Under the pieces are notes generated by a model, which worked only from the letters and a program-made list of their open reading frames with translations, did no database searches and was not told where the DNA came from. The position numbers and the translations under genes were made by a program. A stretch of DNA of 19,341 nt from Thermodesulfobacteriota bacterium (GTDB taxonomy: Bacteria > Desulfobacterota_D > UBA1144 > Nemesobacterales > N074bin48): positions 1 through 19,341 of the forward strand of contig JBFFSH010000047.1 of the NCBI GenBank assembly GCA_041572575.1, given 5' to 3'. Of the stretch, positions 16,605-19,341 are shown piece by piece (position 1 is the first letter of the stretch; every line of letters starts with the position of its first letter).

Positions 16605-18302
16605 ATGGAGCAATTGATGAATTCTGAAAATATCAATAAAGATTTTATAAGAGAAATAGTAGAGCAGGATATAAAAGATAATAAGCATGGCGGGAATATT
16701 GTTACAAGATTTCCCCCTGAACCAAATGGTTATCTGCATATAGGACATGCCAAATCTATATGTCTCAACTTTGGTATCGCTAAAGAATACGGAGGCATTT
16801 GCAGTCTGAGATTCGACGATACAAATCCTGCAAAAGAAGAGACTGAGTTTGTAGAATCTATAAAAGAAGATGTGAAGTGGCTTGGTTATGATTGGCAAGA
16901 TCGTCTTTATTTTACATCCGACTATTTTGATAAGTTATACGAATTTGCATTAATGCTAATTAATGACGGTAAGGCTTATGTGGACAGTCTTTCTATGGAT
17001 GAAATAAGAGAATACAGAGGAACTCTCATAGAACCAGGAAAAGATAGTCCCTATAGAGATAGATCTATAGAAGAAAATTTGAAGCTTTTTAAAGAAATGA
17101 AAGATGGTAAGTTCGAAGAAGGTGAGCATGTATTAAGAGCCAAGATTGATATGGCCTCTGGCAATATAAATATGCGTGACCCTGTAATATACAGGATAAT
17201 AAAGACTCCACATCACAGAACAGGATCAAAGTTTAATATTTACCCAACATATGATTTTGCTCATGGTCAGTCTGACTCTATTGAAGGTGTTACCCATTCA
17301 CTATGCACTCTGGAATTCGAAGACCACAGACCTCTTTATGATTGGTTTATCAAAGAGCTTGATATTTTCAAATCCAGGCAAATAGAATTTGCAAGACTAA
17401 ATCTTAGTTACACAATACTAAGTAAAAGAAAATTAAGTGAACTGGTAAAAAATAAATATGTATCTGGCTGGGACGATCCCCGGATGCCAACTATTTCCGG
17501 TCTTAGAAGACGAGGTTTTACTCCGGATTCAATTATTAATTTTTGTGATCAGATTGGGGTATCAAAAAATAACAGCGTTATCGATGTTTCACTACTAGAA
17601 TATTGCGTTAGAGAAGACCTAAACAAAAAGGCTAAGCGGGCTATGGCAGTATTAAATCCCGTAAAGCTTATAATTGATAACTACCCTGATGATTTAGAAG
17701 AAGAATTAGATGCTATTAATAATCCAGAAGATGAATCTATGGGAAGCAGGAAAGTGCCATTTTCGAAAACACTTTATATAGAAAGGGATGATTTTAGAGA
17801 AGAATCTTCTAAAAAGTTTTACAGACTATCCCCTGGAAAAGAAGTAAGACTTCGTTATGCATATTTTGTTACATGTACGGACTTTAAAAAAGATGATAAA
17901 ACTGGCGAAATTACCGAAGTTCACTGCACTTACGATCCTGCCACAAAGGGCGGCTCATCACCTGATGGCAGAAAAGTAAAAGGGACCATTCACTGGGTTT
18001 CTGCAAGGCACTGTATTGAACCTGAAGTCAGAATATATGACAGACTTTTTTCAGTACCCGATCCGGATGTAGCTAAAGATGACAATGACTATACAGATTA
18101 TTTAAATACTGACTCGATACAAATATTAAAATCATGCAAGTTAGAACCGTCATTAAAAGAAGCCAAGCCATTTATATATTATCAGTTTGAAAGGCTTGGA
18201 TATTTTTGTGTCGATCCTAAAGAGTTTGAAAATGGTAATTTTATTTTTAATAGAACCATAGGGCTTAGAGACAGCTGGGCAAAAATAGATAAGTCAAAGT
18301 AA
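16605..18302 (+). CDS. glnS: Glutamine--tRNA ligase
   Basis: [18 protein letters not shown] (HIGH), [34 protein letters not shown] and QFERLGYF; 565 aa with no C-terminal YqeY extension. Confidence 0.96.
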   Translation: MEQLMNSENINKDFIREIVEQDIKDNKHGGNIVTRFPPEPNGYLHIGHAKSICLNFGIAKEYGGICSLRFDDTNPAKEETEFVESIKEDVKWLGYDWQDRLYFTSDYFDKLYEFALMLINDGKAYVDSLSMDEIREYRGTLIEPGKDSPYRDRSIEENLKLFKEMKDGKFEEGEHVLRAKIDMASGNINMRDPVIYRIIKTPHHRTGSKFNIYPTYDFAHGQSDSIEGVTHSLCTLEFEDHRPLYDWFIKELDIFKSRQIEFARLNLSYTILSKRKLSELVKNKYVSGWDDPRMPTISGLRRRGFTPDSIINFCDQIGVSKNNSVIDVSLLEYCVREDLNKKAKRAMAVLNPVKLIIDNYPDDLEEELDAINNPEDESMGSRKVPFSKTLYIERDDFREESSKKFYRLSPGKEVRLRYAYFVTCTDFKKDDKTGEITEVHCTYDPATKGGSSPDGRKVKGTIHWVSARHCIEPEVRIYDRLFSVPDPDVAKDDNDYTDYLNTDSIQILKSCKLEPSLKEAKPFIYYQFERLGYFCVDPKEFENGNFIFNRTIGLRDSWAKIDKSK

Positions 18303-18307
18303 TCATT

Positions 18308-18343
18308 TATATCCAATACTTATCTGCTTCGATATTGGATATA
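18308..18343. terminator. Hairpin between convergent genes (possible bidirectional terminator)
   Basis: Perfect 11-bp stem tatatccaata-N14-tattggatata that fills the 43-bp gap between glnS and the FHA gene. Confidence 0.55.
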
Positions 18344-18345
18344 TA

Positions 18346-19059
18346 TTAGTGTTGGTATACAACCTTTACATTTCCTACTTCGATTACATCTCCGCTATCC
18401 AGTATCTTTTGAGAAACAGATGTTCCATTAACTTTGGTAGGAGCCAGGAAAGAACCATAACTAATCAGCTTATAGGTTTTAGGATTCAATCTGACAATAT
18501 TAGCTTGCAAATTTTTCACAAACCAACCTCTCACTTTTAAGTTATTACCGGTGCTCTTTCCTATAGTAAAGTGATTGTTACTAATATGAAATTCTCTATT
18601 ACTTGCAATAAGAGTAGGGATTGTACTAATTTTATCAGATTTAACTTTATCTAATATTCTTTGCTTATCCTGTTCATTAACTCTAAACGTTCCATCAGGA
18701 AATGATTCTTGTTCACCTTCACTCTGGAAAGCCAGGTCTATAACCGTATCTTCATCATGATCCACATCTTTTATTTTATATCTGATTATCATTTTCCCTA
18801 TTATAATTTCATCTCCTACATCCAGCTGTTTTTCCATTACTCTGTTGTTATTAACAAATGTGCCGTTCGTGCTTCCGGAATCAACTATCACAACAGTATT
18901 TACATTAGTAAAAATAGTAGCATGATGTCTGGATACTGCAGGGTTATTTATTACAATATCATTCTCTGATCCCCTACCTATTGTAATTTCAGGTTTTTCC
19001 AGTCTTTTGGTATCGAGCACCATTCCATTTAATGAAATTTCTAGTATTTGTTCCTTCAT
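18346..19059 (-). CDS. Tandem FHA-domain protein
   Basis: FHA1 is canonical (IGRGSENDIV, VSRHHA, DSGSTNGTFVN, GDEIIIG). FHA2 is degenerate (FTIGKS...KVNG...SGDVIEVG). RBS AGGAG spacing favours the second ATG (19059) over 19065. Confidence 0.88.
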   Translation of the reverse strand: MKEQILEISLNGMVLDTKRLEKPEITIGRGSENDIVINNPAVSRHHATIFTNVNTVVIVDSGSTNGTFVNNNRVMEKQLDVGDEIIIGKMIIRYKIKDVDHDEDTVIDLAFQSEGEQESFPDGTFRVNEQDKQRILDKVKSDKISTIPTLIASNREFHISNNHFTIGKSTGNNLKVRGWFVKNLQANIVRLNPKTYKLISYGSFLAPTKVNGTSVSQKILDSGDVIEVGNVKVVYQH

Positions 19060-19201
19060 ATTCATGCTCCTAAAATTTAATATTATACTACATTGACATA
19101 CTATCTAAGTCTTAGACATCAAATTGCATTATATAAAACTTTAGATTTACACATATTCTAACAAATATATTATATTAATGCAATACATTTTTTATATTAA
19201 C

Positions 19202-19341
19202 TGACCTTCACCCTGCAAACTGAACCAGGTAAAAGTAGAGAAATCTGGCAAAATAATGCAATAAATCAGGAGGTATTTTGCCATGAGGAAGTCAAGATTT
19301 ACAGAACAACAGATAGCATTCGCTTTAAAGCAGGCAGAGAC
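19202..19341 (+). mobile_element. Left end of an IS3-family insertion sequence (IS407-group-like), truncated
   Basis: Abrupt shift out of AT-rich DNA at a 5'-TGACCTTCACCC terminus (IS3-type TG end), followed by an RBS and an OrfA start. Confidence 0.8.
19283..19341 (+). CDS. IS3-family transposase OrfA, N-terminus only (runs off the window)
   Basis: RBS AGGAGG at 19268-19273. Translates MRKSRFTEQQIAFALKQAE, the typical OrfA HTH N-terminus. Confidence 0.85.
   Translation, partial: MRKSRFTEQQIAFALKQAE

Noticed and set aside
3999..18969. Remaining short alternative-frame or antisense ORFs (e.g. 3999..4310, 5464..5814, 9625..9960, 13160..13378, 16578..16898, 18709..18969)
   Set aside because: They are shadows of well-supported genes and contain no recognisable domains.
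19093..19116. Perfect TTGACA plus the small palindrome tctaag-t-cttaga
   Set aside because: There is no -10 hexamer at 16-18 bp spacing, and the dyad is too short to support a call.
1..19341. CRISPR arrays, tRNA/rRNA genes, riboswitches and long tandem repeats
   Set aside because: Intergenic gaps are short (at most about 220 bp) and AT-rich. No repeat-spacer periodicity or structured-RNA signature was seen by eye; an Infernal/Rfam scan would be needed to exclude small RNAs.

Overview
AT-rich, gene-dense bacterial chromosomal window with 16 complete or near-complete CDSs plus the start of an IS transposase. The left edge holds the most unusual locus. It is a 5'-truncated radical SAM/SPASM protein fused to a full arsenite S-adenosylmethionine methyltransferase (ArsM/AS3MT-type) domain, followed by a TIGR04282/DUF2064-type transferase, which together suggest a compact organoarsenical (arsenosugar-like) biosynthesis system. 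Next come a secreted Cys/Met-rich protein, a TlpA/ResA-CcdA thiol-redox pair, a stand-alone MaeB-type malic enzyme, a membrane GGDEF protein, a fused trehalose-6-P synthase/phosphatase, a CcmG-like/CcmH pair, an orphan zf-HC2 protein and a secreted metallophosphoesterase. A co-oriented tRNA-sulfur cluster follows (TudS-DUF1722/RudS-like, mnmA, mtaB), then an alpha/beta-hydrolase-OsmC fusion, glnS and a tandem-FHA protein. The right edge is the left end of an IS3-family element that the ORF track missed. No rRNA, tRNA or CRISPR array was seen. All family calls come from motif recognition by eye, without database searches.
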